The position numbers were made by a program, and so were the translations under genes. Below the pieces are notes generated by a model. The model had not been told where the DNA came from. It saw only the letters and a program-made list of their open reading frames with translations, and did no database searches. From Clostridia bacterium (GTDB lineage: Bacteria; Bacillota; Clostridia; TANB77; CAG-508): a stretch of DNA of 63,652 nt. Numbering within the stretch: the first letter of the stretch is position 1; every line of letters begins with the position of its first letter. Below, in pieces: positions 8,690-19,355 of this stretch. The DNA lies in the NCBI GenBank assembly GCA_900754285.1, contig CAAECB010000046.1, positions 1 to 63,652 of the forward strand, in the 5' to 3' direction.

Positions 8690-9367
8690 ATGCAAATATT
8701 CACATACAATGATTATTTAGACTACATATCGAACAAAAAAATAAAAAAATTAATACAAAATCAGAACAAAAAAGTAAACACAAAAGAAAGCATAGAAAAA
8801 AGCAAACAAGAAGCAAAAGAAAAAGACATGACAGAAAAGATAAAAGAAAACTTAGACAAAAACATAGAAGAGCTGTTGGAAGACGAGCAAGAAGTTTCCA
8901 AAATAATAAATGATTATTTCAAAATTCAAATATGTGATATAAATTCAGAAAATTTAGAAAAAAAGCAATTTAAAGAAAATAAAAAAAGTAAAATTTTTAA
9001 AGTCAAAGAAAAAGATATTTATTTCATAATAAAACTCGAAAAAACTCCCAATTACAATATACCATATATAATATTTAATGAATGTATAGAATTAATAAAA
9101 AAACTAAAAGAAGATTATAAAGAAAAAAAGCCAGTAATAATCCCAATAATTATATACATAGGAAATGAAAAATGGAACATACAACACAATAATAGGATTA
9201 GATACACAAGTTTTGAAGAAAATAATATGGAATTAGGATACAATATTTTAGATTTTAATTTATACAAAACAAAAGAGATAAAAAGTAAAAAATCCAAAAT
9301 TAACAAATACATATTATTAAAAAAAGAAATGAAAATATACCTAATCGATGAAAAGTATAATCTATAG
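8690..9367 (+). CDS. Lys/Glu-rich protein with degenerate Rpn/YhgA-like (PD-(D/E)XK) C-terminal half
   Basis: IYFIIKLEKT...KKPVIIPIIIYIGNEKWN resembles the Rpn-family core (xxE.Q ... lPpViPiVfYnG..W). The N-terminal 90 aa are low-complexity K/E-rich. Confidence 0.35.
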   Translation: MQIFTYNDYLDYISNKKIKKLIQNQNKKVNTKESIEKSKQEAKEKDMTEKIKENLDKNIEELLEDEQEVSKIINDYFKIQICDINSENLEKKQFKENKKSKIFKVKEKDIYFIIKLEKTPNYNIPYIIFNECIELIKKLKEDYKEKKPVIIPIIIYIGNEKWNIQHNNRIRYTSFEENNMELGYNILDFNLYKTKEIKSKKSKINKYILLKKEMKIYLIDEKYNL

Positions 9368-9409
9368 ATTTAAAAAAGATAAATATTTACAAATAAATTA
9401 AAAAAAGTA

Positions 9410-9438
9410 TTGACAGCTACAACCAATAATGCTATATT
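9410..9438 (+). promoter_or_regulatory. Sigma-A-type promoter
   Basis: TTGACA-17 nt-TATATT with a TG extension. It overlaps the ORF-track start at 9429, which argues for the downstream ATG at 9492. Confidence 0.55.
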
Positions 9439-9491
9439 TACAAATAGATGTTACAAAAAATATAACTAAAAATGAAAGGGATGTGGTTAAA

Positions 9492-9824
9492 ATGGTAATA
9501 GATTATGAAATAATTGGGAAAAGAATCAGAGCAGAAAGAGTAAAGCAAAAACTTACACAAGAGGATATGGCAGAAAAAATTGAAACATCTATAGCATTTT
9601 ATAGTAGAATCGAGACTGGAAGAGCACATATAAATTTGGCAAGAATTATTGAAATAGCAGATATATTGAATATAGCGCCAGGATATTTTTTAACAGGAAT
9701 AGAAGAAGAAGCAGATGATTATTTATACAAAGATTTTAAGATGATTTTAGAACAATGTACAGCAAAACAGCAAAAAATTATCTATAGAATGGCAGAGGTA
9801 GTTTTAGAAGAAATTAAGATATAA
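9492..9824 (+). CDS. XRE-family helix-turn-helix transcriptional regulator
   Basis: HTH_3 pattern IGKRIRAERVKQKLTQEDMAEKIETSIAFYSRIETG. The start is moved to ATG 9492, downstream of the promoter. Confidence 0.75.
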   Translation: MVIDYEIIGKRIRAERVKQKLTQEDMAEKIETSIAFYSRIETGRAHINLARIIEIADILNIAPGYFLTGIEEEADDYLYKDFKMILEQCTAKQQKIIYRMAEVVLEEIKI

Positions 9825-9894
9825 AATGTTGAAAATTTGCATTATTTATGATATGATTCTAAAGAATTAAATAATGCAAAAAAGGTGGTAAAAC

Positions 9895-12800
9895 ATGTAT
9901 TTAAAAAGAATAGAAATGCAAGGATTCAAATCATTTGCAGACAAAACAGTAATAGAACTAAAACAAGGAATAACAACAGTAATAGGACCAAATGGCTCAG
10001 GAAAAAGTAACATATCAGATGCAATCAGATGGGTATTAGGCGAACAAAGCAGCAAAGCATTAAGATGTTCAAAATCACTAGATATCATATTTGCAGGAAC
10101 GCAAAACAGAAAATCATTAGGATTTGCAGAAGTTTCACTAGTATTTGATAATGCAGATGCAGGACTACCAATTGAATATACAGAAGTAACAGTAACAAGA
10201 AGAATATATAGAAGCGGAGAAACAGGCTATTATATAAATAAAGTTGCATGCAGACTAAAAGATTTGCAAGAACTATTTATGGATACAGGAATAGGAAAAG
10301 ATGGATATTCAATAGTAGGACAAGGAAAAATAGATGAAATATTAAGCAATAAGTCAGAGGACAGAAGGCACATCTTTGAAGAAGCATCAGGAATAGTAAA
10401 ATATAGAGTAAGAAAACAAGAAACAGAAAAAAAATTAGAACATACAAAACTAAACCTATTAAGAATAAATGATATATTAGCAGAAATAGAAGGAAATTTA
10501 GAACCACTACAAGCTCAATCAGAAAAAGCAAAAAAATACTTAAATTTAAGAGAAAGTCTAAAAAATATAGAAGTAGGATTATTTTTATATAATATAGAAC
10601 AAAATAAAAAAGAAATTGAAAAAATAACAGAAGACGAAAACATAACAAAAGAGCAATGTAACACAGAAGAAACAAGATTAGAAAGAGTAAAAATAGTAAA
10701 AGAGCAACTAAAAGAAGAAATAGATGAAATAATTAATAAAATAGAACATATGTCTAATTTAGGATTTGAAAGCCAAAAAGAAATAGAAATGCTAAATTCA
10801 GATATAAATGTATCAAAAACAAAAATATCAAACAATGAAGAAAATGAAAAAAGATTCTTAGAAGAAATAGAAGAAAAAACAACAAGATTAAAAGAGTTAG
10901 AAGAAGAACAAAAGCAAAAAGATGAAAAAAGAGAGAACCTAAGGAAAAATAAAGAAAGATTCACAAAAGAATTAGCAGAAAAACAAGAAGAATTAGATAA
11001 AATAACAGAAAAATTATCTAAAGAAGCACTAGAAATAGAAGGATACAAAAAACAAGTAGAAGAAAACACAGACCAAAAATATGAAAAACAAGCAAATATA
11101 CAAGAACAAGAAATAAACTTTGAAAATGATGACAAAAGACAAAAACAAGTAAAAAATGAAATACAAAATATAATTTCAGAATTAGATAACACACGAATGA
11201 AAAAAGAAGAAGTTTCAAAAGATTTTTACGAAATAGAATCAGTAAGAAATAAAAATCTAAAAGAATTAGAAAATATAGCAAAACAAAAAGAAGAAGCAAA
11301 TCAAAAAATAAAAATATATCAAACAAAAATCAACACAATGTCAAATGAATTAAGAATGAAAGAATCAAGGCAAAAGTTTTTAATAGAAACAGAAAAAGAA
11401 AAAGAAGGGTACACTAAAAGTGTAAAAACACTATTAAATGATTGTGAAAAAAATCTTACATTACAAAAAGGAGTAGAAGGAGTTTTAGCAAACCTTATAG
11501 ATGTACCAGAACACTTACAAACAGCAATTGAAATGAGCTTAGGAATGGCATTACAAAACATAGTAACAGAAACAGAACAAGATGCCAAAAAACTAGTAGA
11601 ATATTTAAGAAAAAACAATATAGGAAGAGCATCATTTTTGCCAATTACATCTGTAAAAGGAAAAAAAGTAGACAACATAAAAGGTAACAAATCAGGAGTA
11701 ATAGGAATAGCAGCAGACTTAGTAAAATACAATAAAAAATATGAGCAAATTATATTCAATTTACTAGGAAGAACAGTAATTGTAGAAAATATGGACACAG
11801 CAATAAGAGTAGCAAAAGAAAATGGTCAAAGTTTCAAAATAGTCACACAAGAAGGAGATATAATAAACACATCAGGAGCAATAACAGGTGGAGCTGTTAT
11901 GAAAAAGACAGTAAATATATTAGGAAGAGAAAACGAAATAAAAAAACTAGGACAAGAAATAAAAAAATTACAAGAAAATATAGAAAAAATCGAACAAGAA
12001 AAAGCAGAATATGAGCAATCAATAGAAGGCATATTAGAAGTAGCAGAAAAGCTAGAAAAAGAGTTACAAGAAAATGAAATAACATATGCAACAGGTAAAC
12101 AAAAAGTGCTATCTTTTGAAGAAGAGATTCAAAAAATTGAAAATAGATTACAACGCTTCAAAGAAGAACAAAAAAGATTAGAAGAACAAAAAGAATTTGC
12201 AATAAGCAAAAAAGCAGAAATTCAAAAAGAAATTGAAAAAATAAATGAAGAAAACGAAAAATTAGCAAAGATTATAACAGAATATGCAGAATTAAATAAA
12301 GACAACCAAAAATATATAGATGACTTAAACTTTGATATTACAAACTTAAAAATTTCAGTATCATCTTTTGATGAAAGCGAAAGTTCTATAGAAGAAATAA
12401 AAGAAAGAATACAACAAGAAGTAGAGGCAAATGAACAATCTATAAAAAATAAGCAAGAACAAATAGCACAAAGTAAGCAAGAAACAGAAAAACTAAAAGA
12501 AGCAATAAAACAAATACAAGAAAAAATCACCAAAATACAAGAAGAAGTAAAAAATAGTGGAACAAAAGTAGAAGAACTAAAAAAAGAAAGAACAGAAAAA
12601 AACGAAAAATTAACTATACAAGAAGAACAAATAACAGAAAAATTCAAAATCATAGAAGATTTAAAAGGACAGCTTGTAAAAATTGATGTACGAAAAACAA
12701 AAATACAAGAAGAAATAACAGAAACAATAAACAAATTATGGGAAGAATATGAATTGACACCAAATTCAATTGAAGAATATGAAAAACCAAAAAATGTTTC

Positions 12801-13443
12801 TGAAACTAAAAAGCAAGTAAACAGCTTACGTACACAAATGAAAGAAATGGGAAGTGTAAATGTAGAATCAATAGAGGAATACAAAAAACAAAAAGAGCGT
12901 TATGACTTTATGAGCGAACAACGCTTAGACCTAGAAAATACAATGGCAAAATTAAGAAAAATAATAACAGACATGACCGCAATAATGAAAGAACAATTTG
13001 AAAAGAAATTTAAAGAAATAAATAAAAATTTCGGAGAGGTATTTGCCGAACTATTTGGTGGAGGAAAGGCAGAAGTAAAATTAGAAGATGAACAAAACAT
13101 ATTAGAATGTGGAATAGATATAACTGCACAGCCACCAGGAAAAAAATTGCAAAATATGTTATTATTATCAGGAGGAGAAAAAGCACTAACTGCAATAGCA
13201 TTATTATTTGCTATTTTAAGAATAAATCCAGCACCATTCTGTGTACTAGATGAAATTGAAGCAGCATTAGATGATGTTAATGTATATCGTTATGCAGAAT
13301 ATTTAAAGAAATTTGCACAAAACACACAATTTCTAGTTATAACACATAGAAAAGGAACAATGGAAGCAGCAGACAGTGTATATGGAGTAACAATGGAAGA
13401 AAGTGGAATATCAAAATTACTTTCTATGAAATTAAAGGAATAA
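9895..13443 (+). CDS. smc: Chromosome partition protein Smc
   Basis: 1182 aa with Walker A (GPNGSGKSN), long coiled coils, a hinge (GVLANLIDV...), the signature LSGGEK and Walker B (FCVLDEIEAALD). Confidence 0.97.
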   Translation: MYLKRIEMQGFKSFADKTVIELKQGITTVIGPNGSGKSNISDAIRWVLGEQSSKALRCSKSLDIIFAGTQNRKSLGFAEVSLVFDNADAGLPIEYTEVTVTRRIYRSGETGYYINKVACRLKDLQELFMDTGIGKDGYSIVGQGKIDEILSNKSEDRRHIFEEASGIVKYRVRKQETEKKLEHTKLNLLRINDILAEIEGNLEPLQAQSEKAKKYLNLRESLKNIEVGLFLYNIEQNKKEIEKITEDENITKEQCNTEETRLERVKIVKEQLKEEIDEIINKIEHMSNLGFESQKEIEMLNSDINVSKTKISNNEENEKRFLEEIEEKTTRLKELEEEQKQKDEKRENLRKNKERFTKELAEKQEELDKITEKLSKEALEIEGYKKQVEENTDQKYEKQANIQEQEINFENDDKRQKQVKNEIQNIISELDNTRMKKEEVSKDFYEIESVRNKNLKELENIAKQKEEANQKIKIYQTKINTMSNELRMKESRQKFLIETEKEKEGYTKSVKTLLNDCEKNLTLQKGVEGVLANLIDVPEHLQTAIEMSLGMALQNIVTETEQDAKKLVEYLRKNNIGRASFLPITSVKGKKVDNIKGNKSGVIGIAADLVKYNKKYEQIIFNLLGRTVIVENMDTAIRVAKENGQSFKIVTQEGDIINTSGAITGGAVMKKTVNILGRENEIKKLGQEIKKLQENIEKIEQEKAEYEQSIEGILEVAEKLEKELQENEITYATGKQKVLSFEEEIQKIENRLQRFKEEQKRLEEQKEFAISKKAEIQKEIEKINEENEKLAKIITEYAELNKDNQKYIDDLNFDITNLKISVSSFDESESSIEEIKERIQQEVEANEQSIKNKQEQIAQSKQETEKLKEAIKQIQEKITKIQEEVKNSGTKVEELKKERTEKNEKLTIQEEQITEKFKIIEDLKGQLVKIDVRKTKIQEEITETINKLWEEYELTPNSIEEYEKPKNVSETKKQVNSLRTQMKEMGSVNVESIEEYKKQKERYDFMSEQRLDLENTMAKLRKIITDMTAIMKEQFEKKFKEINKNFGEVFAELFGGGKAEVKLEDEQNILECGIDITAQPPGKKLQNMLLLSGGEKALTAIALLFAILRINPAPFCVLDEIEAALDDVNVYRYAEYLKKFAQNTQFLVITHRKGTMEAADSVYGVTMEESGISKLLSMKLKE

Positions 13444-13471
13444 AGCCATTTAATATTAGTAAAAACAAAAA

Positions 13472-13504
13472 AACATTTGCAATAAAAATTTGCAAATGTT
13501 TTTT
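13472..13504 (+). terminator. Rho-independent terminator of smc
   Basis: AACATTTGCA-9 nt-TGCAAATGTT followed by TTTT. Confidence 0.75.
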
Positions 13505-13553
13505 ACATAATAAAAAGAAAACCCAAAAGTTAGCAAATAAATTATATAATAGA

Positions 13554-13829
13554 TTAATTCTCTATAAATCTACTAGAAGAATCTGAATTATCAAATAATT
13601 TATCTATTGAAATTTGCAAGGCATTACTAATTTTCCACAAATTAAAAACACTAATACCTTGATTTATTTTATCACTCTCAAGACCACCAATTAAAGCAGT
13701 AGAAACATCTACAATCTCTGCTAAATCTTCTTGAGTCATTTTACCAATTTTTAAATTATATAATTTTCTATAATATTTTATATTTTTTCCAATTACCTTA
13801 AATAATTCAGCTGAAGTAATTTCTTCCAT
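13554..13829 (-). CDS. Small XRE-family HTH regulator
   Basis: IGKNIKYYRKLYNLKIGKMTQEDLAEIVDVSTALIGGLE is an HTH_3 pattern. ATG 13829 has the best spacing (9 nt) from the GGAAAGGA RBS. Confidence 0.7.
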   Translation of the reverse strand: MEEITSAELFKVIGKNIKYYRKLYNLKIGKMTQEDLAEIVDVSTALIGGLESDKINQGISVFNLWKISNALQISIDKLFDNSDSSSRFIEN

Positions 13830-14062
13830 GAACATACATCCTTTCCACAAAATCCTTATACGATTTATTTTCTAACTTTATAGGTTAAAATTCAATCAAT
13901 TACAAATAATAAAATATCATCAATAATGATAAAATTCCATAAATTATATAAATCTATAAGGTATTATTTAACCTAAATAATTAAAATACCAAAAAAAGTT
14001 ACAAAAGTAAAGCAAAAAAAATTAAAATAATGTAAATAATAATAAAACCATATATTTAAACT

Positions 14063-14638
14063 TTAACTAAAAGGAGCAAAAAATTGCAAAAAACCAATTA
14101 AAACCAATAGAATTCCAGAAAGAATAGAACAAATAAAATCAGAAAAACCAATAAATTTGCTAACTTTTTTTCCAATGATTATTCCTAAACTAAGAAATAT
14201 AAATTGAAAAATACTAATAAGAATTGGAAATAAAATGTAAGAGGCACTAATTAAACTTGAACTAATACCAATACCAAAATTATCTAAAGAAAGTGCTAAT
14301 CCCAAAAAAACAGCCTCTTTAGGATCTATTAAATTAGAATTGTTAAAATCAAAATCATTTTTATTTCCAGATTTTTTTTCAAAAATAGCTTTAACAATAA
14401 CAAAAAAACCAATGCAAAACAATATAAAGCAACCAATTAATTCAGTAATATATTTTGGCAGAAAATTCAATAATATCTTACCAGAAAAAACAGATACAAA
14501 AGAAACCAGTAGTGAAATTATAAACAAAATTATTGTACTCCAAAAAGAAATTTTTTTATTTTTAATACCATATGTAACACCAATCCCAAGTGAATCAATG
14601 CTACTAGAAATAGCTAAAACAAAGCAATTAAAAAGCAT
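14063..14638 (-). CDS. ytaF: Sporulation membrane protein YtaF (MntP/UPF0059-like)
   Basis: Six-TM protein with two DxxG repeats (SSIDSLGIGV, LSLDNFGIGI). Start at ATG 14638 with a GGAGGGA RBS. The longer ORF reaching 14992 runs into the divergent ATPase gene. Confidence 0.65.
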   Translation of the reverse strand: MLFNCFVLAISSSIDSLGIGVTYGIKNKKISFWSTIILFIISLLVSFVSVFSGKILLNFLPKYITELIGCFILFCIGFFVIVKAIFEKKSGNKNDFDFNNSNLIDPKEAVFLGLALSLDNFGIGISSSLISASYILFPILISIFQFIFLSLGIIIGKKVSKFIGFSDFICSILSGILLVLIGFLQFFAPFS

Positions 14639-14816
14639 TACAATCCCTCCAGTATATAATATGCAAAAATTCGACAAAAGTTTATAATTATTATGTAAAG
14701 CACTTAATAAAAATATCAAATACATATTTCCAAAACAATTTACATGTTTAATACATAATCTAAAAAAGACAAGCATAATATAAACTAATAAAGACAAACA
14801 AAGGAGAGGATGAAAA

Positions 14817-17417
14817 ATGTGGCAAACATTAAAAAAACAGGAGATAATAGAAAAACTAAGAACTGATGAAATGCAAGGATTAACAGAAAAGCAAGTAAAA
14901 GAATTACAAGAAAAAGAAGGAAAAAACAAATTAGCAGACAAGAAAAAGGAAAGTATACTAATAAAATTCATCAAACAATTTAATGATTTCATGATAATTA
15001 TTTTAATAATTGCATCAATAATTTCAGCACTAGTTTCAAAAATGCAAGGAGAGAATGACTATATAGATTCATTTATAATAATTGCAATAGTAATACTAAA
15101 TGCAATAATGGGAGTAATACAAGAAGCAAAAGCAGAAAAATCAATAGAAGCATTAAAACAATTAACACCACAAAAATGTAAAACAATAAGAAATGGAAAC
15201 ATAAAAGAAATCAATGCAGAAGAATTAGTAAAAGGAGACATAGTATTACTAGAAGCAGGAAACTATGTGCCAGCAGATTGCAGACTATTAGAAACATATA
15301 ATCTAAAAATAGAAGAATCAAGTTTGACAGGAGAAAACTTACCATCAGAAAAAGACGCAAACTATATATGCAAAAAAGAGGAACAATTAGGAGACATGAA
15401 AAACATGGCATTTATGGCAAGCACAATAGTAAATGGACATGCAAAAGCAGTAGTAACAGAAACAGGAATGAGAACAACAGTAGGAAAAATAGCAAATATG
15501 ATGATAGAAAACGAAGCACCAGAAACACCAATCCAAAAAAAATTAGGGCAAGTAGGAAAAACATTAGGAATAGCATGTTTAGCAATATGCATACTAATTT
15601 TCTTAATAGGAATAATAAAAAAGATAGAGCCAATAGAAATGTTTATGACATCAGTAGGATTAGCAGTAGCAGCAATACCAGAAGGATTACCAGCAATAGT
15701 AACAATAGTGCTATCAATAGGGGTAACAAAAATGGCAAAAAAGAACAGCATAATAAGAAAATTACCAGCAGTAGAAACATTAGGAAGTAGTAGTGTAATT
15801 TGTTCAGACAAAACAGGAACACTAACACAAAACAAAATGAAAGTAGTAGAAACAAAAACAACAGACGAAAAAAAGATGATAGAATATGCAGCACTTTGTA
15901 CAGACTGTGAAATAATACAAAACTATAAAGTCATAGGAGAACCAACAGAAAAAGCAATAGTAGAAAAAGCACTAGAATTAGGGATAAACAAAAGAACTAC
16001 AGAAGACCAAATGCAAAGAGTAGCAGAAATACCATTTGATTCAAACAGAAAAATGATGACAACAATACATAAAAAAGGAAATAAATATATAGTTATCACC
16101 AAAGGAGCACCAGACGTATTAATAGAAAAATGCGAAAATATAAACAAAGCAGAAATAAAAAAACAAAACTTAGAAATGGCAAACAAAGCCTTAAGAGTAA
16201 TAGCAGTAGGATACAAAGAAATAACAACACTACCAAATAAAATAACAAGTGAAAATACAGAAACAAATCTAAAATATTTAGGATTAATAGGAATGATAGA
16301 CCCAGCAAGAGAAGGAGTAAAAGAAGCAGTAAAAACCTGTAAAAAAGCAGGAATAAAAACAGTAATGATAACAGGAGATCATATACAAACAGCAAAAGCA
16401 ATAGCAAAAGAATTGGAAATAATGGGCAAATATGATAAAGCAATAACAGGCCAAGAATTAGACAAAATGTCACAAAAAGAATTAGAAAAAAATATAAAAG
16501 AATATTCAGTATTTGCAAGGGTTACACCAGAACATAAAGTACGAATAGTAAAAGCATGGCAAAAAACAGGTGCGGTAGTAGCAATGACAGGAGACGGAGT
16601 AAATGACAGTCCAGCATTAAAAAATGCAGATATAGGAATAGCAATGGGCAAAAATGGAACAGACGTAGCAAAAAACGCATCAGACATGATACTAACAGAC
16701 GACAACTTTGTAACAATAGTAGAAGCAGTAAAACAAGGAAGAAACATATATGACAACATAAAAAAAGCCATACACTTTCTAATAGCAACAAATATAGGAG
16801 AAATAGTAACAATATTTATGGGGCTAGTATTAGGAATGAAATCACCATTGTTAGCAATTCAATTATTATGGATAAATTTAGTAACAGACTCTTTACCAGC
16901 AATAGCATTAGGATTAGAACCAGCAGAAAAAGACATAATGAACAGAAAACCAATAGACAGCAGAAAAGGAATTTTTTCAGATGGTCTATGGAGCAAAATA
17001 ATAATAGAAGGAATAATGATAGGAATGTTAACACTTATTTCATTTAGTATAGGAAACAAATATTATAGCTTAGAAATAGGAAGAACAATGGCATTTATAA
17101 CAATAGGAATGTTAGAATTAATACACAGTTTCAACATAAAAAGTGACAAATCAATATTTGAAGTAGGAATAATGGAAAACAAGTATCTAATAGGAAGCTT
17201 TTTAGTAGGAATATTTGTACAAAACATAGTAGCAATAGTACCAACATTTGCAGAAATTTTCGAATTACATACACTAAATAGTACCCAATGGATAATAACA
17301 ATAATAATTTCATTAATGCCAATACCAATAATGGAATTACAAAAGTTGGTAAATAAAGAACGTTTAGACAAAAAGAACATAACAAAAATAAACTATAAGG
17401 AAAAAACGATTTATTAA
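14817..17417 (+). CDS. P-type (type IIA, Ca2+-transporting-like) cation ATPase
   Basis: 866 aa with TGE (SLTGEN), phosphorylation site CSDKTGTLTQN, KGAP, MITGDH, the hinge TGDGVNDSPALK and 10 TM segments. Confidence 0.9.
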   Translation: MWQTLKKQEIIEKLRTDEMQGLTEKQVKELQEKEGKNKLADKKKESILIKFIKQFNDFMIIILIIASIISALVSKMQGENDYIDSFIIIAIVILNAIMGVIQEAKAEKSIEALKQLTPQKCKTIRNGNIKEINAEELVKGDIVLLEAGNYVPADCRLLETYNLKIEESSLTGENLPSEKDANYICKKEEQLGDMKNMAFMASTIVNGHAKAVVTETGMRTTVGKIANMMIENEAPETPIQKKLGQVGKTLGIACLAICILIFLIGIIKKIEPIEMFMTSVGLAVAAIPEGLPAIVTIVLSIGVTKMAKKNSIIRKLPAVETLGSSSVICSDKTGTLTQNKMKVVETKTTDEKKMIEYAALCTDCEIIQNYKVIGEPTEKAIVEKALELGINKRTTEDQMQRVAEIPFDSNRKMMTTIHKKGNKYIVITKGAPDVLIEKCENINKAEIKKQNLEMANKALRVIAVGYKEITTLPNKITSENTETNLKYLGLIGMIDPAREGVKEAVKTCKKAGIKTVMITGDHIQTAKAIAKELEIMGKYDKAITGQELDKMSQKELEKNIKEYSVFARVTPEHKVRIVKAWQKTGAVVAMTGDGVNDSPALKNADIGIAMGKNGTDVAKNASDMILTDDNFVTIVEAVKQGRNIYDNIKKAIHFLIATNIGEIVTIFMGLVLGMKSPLLAIQLLWINLVTDSLPAIALGLEPAEKDIMNRKPIDSRKGIFSDGLWSKIIIEGIMIGMLTLISFSIGNKYYSLEIGRTMAFITIGMLELIHSFNIKSDKSIFEVGIMENKYLIGSFLVGIFVQNIVAIVPTFAEIFELHTLNSTQWIITIIISLMPIPIMELQKLVNKERLDKKNITKINYKEKTIY

Positions 17418-17433
17418 AAGAAAGGGAATATGT

Positions 17434-18537
17434 ATGATTAATTATTTAAAATCTTCAATATCAATCTCTTCATATAATGGATGCACAATAAATTGTAAAT
17501 ACTGCATTTTAAGCTCTTTAGGAAACAGAGAAAATGTAAGAAAAGTAGAAGATGAAAAAGAACTTGTAAAAAAATTATTATCATTAAAATTATACTCACC
17601 AGAAATACCAATATCAGTAAACAACCAAACAGACCCATTATTAAATAAAAAAATATTTGATAGTACTATAAAAATTTTGAAAGAAATGGAAAAAAACGAG
17701 GTTCCAAACCCAATACTAATAATAACAAAAGGATATATAACAAAAGAACAAATAAAACAAATAGAAAAAATCAATTTAAACATAATAATATTATACACTT
17801 TTTCAGGATTATCAGAAAAATTAGAAAACAGAAATGAAAAAGCACAAATAGAAACACTAGAAAAATTATCAAAACTAAAAAATTGTAAACTTATAAATTA
17901 TTATAGACCAGTAATAGAAGGAATAAACAGTGATTCAGAAACAATAGAACATGTAGCAAAAATAGTAACAAAATATTGTAAAGCAAGTATAGTTTCAGGA
18001 ATAAGAATGAACACACATTTAAAGCAAATATTTGAAAAATCAAATATTGATATTCCAGAAAAATATGACCCAGACCACAAAGTATTATATCCAGAAACAT
18101 ATAATAGAATAAAGCAAATTTTTAAAGATATAAAAAAAGATTATGCAATATTCAAAAAAACTTCATGTGGAATAAGTTATATATGTGGAAAACCAGACTA
18201 TAATGGCCACAGTGCACGTATTCACTACTGTAATCCAGAATGTGTAAGTTATCCTATATGTATAGGCACAAATAAAATAGGATTTTGCAATTCAGACTGT
18301 CCAAATTTTGAACTATGTAAAAAAGAAAGTCAAAAAACAATAACAGAAAATGAATTTAAAAATTTATTAAAAAAAATAGATAAAGAAGAAAGTATATTTG
18401 AAATAAAAGAAAATTACATTGCACTACATGGAACATTTTGGCAAGAAGAAGTCTCATATTTAAGACATATATGCAAGAAAAATATAAAAGCAGATAAACT
18501 ATTAAAAAGAGAAGACGAATTTTTACTAAGCCTATAG
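17434..18537 (+). CDS. Radical SAM protein (SplB/COG1533-like) with Cys-rich C-terminal region
   Basis: CTINCKYC (CX3CX2C, nt 17482-17505) near the N-terminus and a C-terminal cluster CNPECVSYPIC...CNSDCPNFELC. It begins 16 nt after the ATPase stop codon. Confidence 0.6.
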   Translation: MINYLKSSISISSYNGCTINCKYCILSSLGNRENVRKVEDEKELVKKLLSLKLYSPEIPISVNNQTDPLLNKKIFDSTIKILKEMEKNEVPNPILIITKGYITKEQIKQIEKINLNIIILYTFSGLSEKLENRNEKAQIETLEKLSKLKNCKLINYYRPVIEGINSDSETIEHVAKIVTKYCKASIVSGIRMNTHLKQIFEKSNIDIPEKYDPDHKVLYPETYNRIKQIFKDIKKDYAIFKKTSCGISYICGKPDYNGHSARIHYCNPECVSYPICIGTNKIGFCNSDCPNFELCKKESQKTITENEFKNLLKKIDKEESIFEIKENYIALHGTFWQEEVSYLRHICKKNIKADKLLKREDEFLLSL

Positions 18538-18667
18538 TAAAAAAATATAGAAACCAGAAAAAACAATAAAAATATTGTAAAATCCACAAAAATATAGTAA
18601 AATTAAAATTCAGTGAGCAAAAGAATAAAAAAGAGCAGAAAAGATAATATAAAGCCAAGGAGGAAAT

Positions 18668-19355
18668 ATGATAGAATCAAAACCATGGGAATGGAACAAA
18701 TTAAATGAAAAAGGGCAAAAACAGTGGAAAGAACCATGTATAGAATCATATTATTTAATAAACAGATGGAAAAAGCAAAACAAAAAAGATTTTTTAGACA
18801 TAGGATGTGGATTAGGGAGACATACTATTCAATTTGCCAAAAATGGATTTAATGTAAATGGAATAGATTTATCAGAAGAAGCAATAAAAACAACAAAAGA
18901 ATGGTTAGAAAAAGAAGGGCTAAAAGCCAATATAAAAAAATCAGACATGCTACAACTGCCATATCCAAAAGAGAGTATGGACTGCATACTATGTAGAAAT
19001 GTAATATCACACACAGACACAGAAGGAATAAAAATTATAATAGAGCAAATATATAATATTTTAAGAAAAAATGGGGAATGCTTTTTGACATTAGGTTCAA
19101 AAAATGCAGAAACATTTAAAAATAAAAACAACCCAAGAAAAGATGCAAACACAGCAATAAGAATGGATGAAGGTCCAGAGAAGCGGGGTACCACATTTTT
19201 ATGCAGATATGGAAATAATACCAGAATTATTTAAGAATTTTAAGATTGAATATTTAGCACAAGTACAAGATTTTAAACAACAAAAAGAAGGAAATTTTAA
19301 AACATTCTGGCACTATATATTGCTAATACGAAAGGAAAGTGATAAAAATCAATAA
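18668..19355 (+). pseudogene. Class I SAM-dependent methyltransferase interrupted by a +1 frameshift
   Basis: Motif I FLDIGCGLGRHT. The frame 18668-19234 ends in nonsense after ...DEGPEK, while the overlapping frame 19167-19355 continues with GVPHFYADMEIIPELF... The switch is at CGGGG, about nt 19184. Confidence 0.6.

Noticed and set aside
10277-12884. Several long antisense ORFs inside smc (e.g. 10515-11192, 11319-11798, 12222-12884).
   Set aside because: They are Leu/Phe/Ser-rich low-complexity translations of the complement of an A/G-rich, Lys/Glu-rich coiled-coil coding strand. They have no RBS or motifs and overlap a confidently assigned gene.
14639-14992. 118-codon N-terminal extension of the ytaF ORF.
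   Set aside because: The extension overlaps the start and RBS of the divergent ATPase gene and has no RBS. ATG 14638 has a GGAGGGA RBS and gives the normal YtaF length.
15368-15790. 140-aa alternative-frame ORF on the plus strand, and many minus-strand ORFs, within the P-type ATPase gene.
   Set aside because: Arg/Asn/Lys-rich nonsense from an off-frame reading. The ATPase frame carries all canonical motifs.
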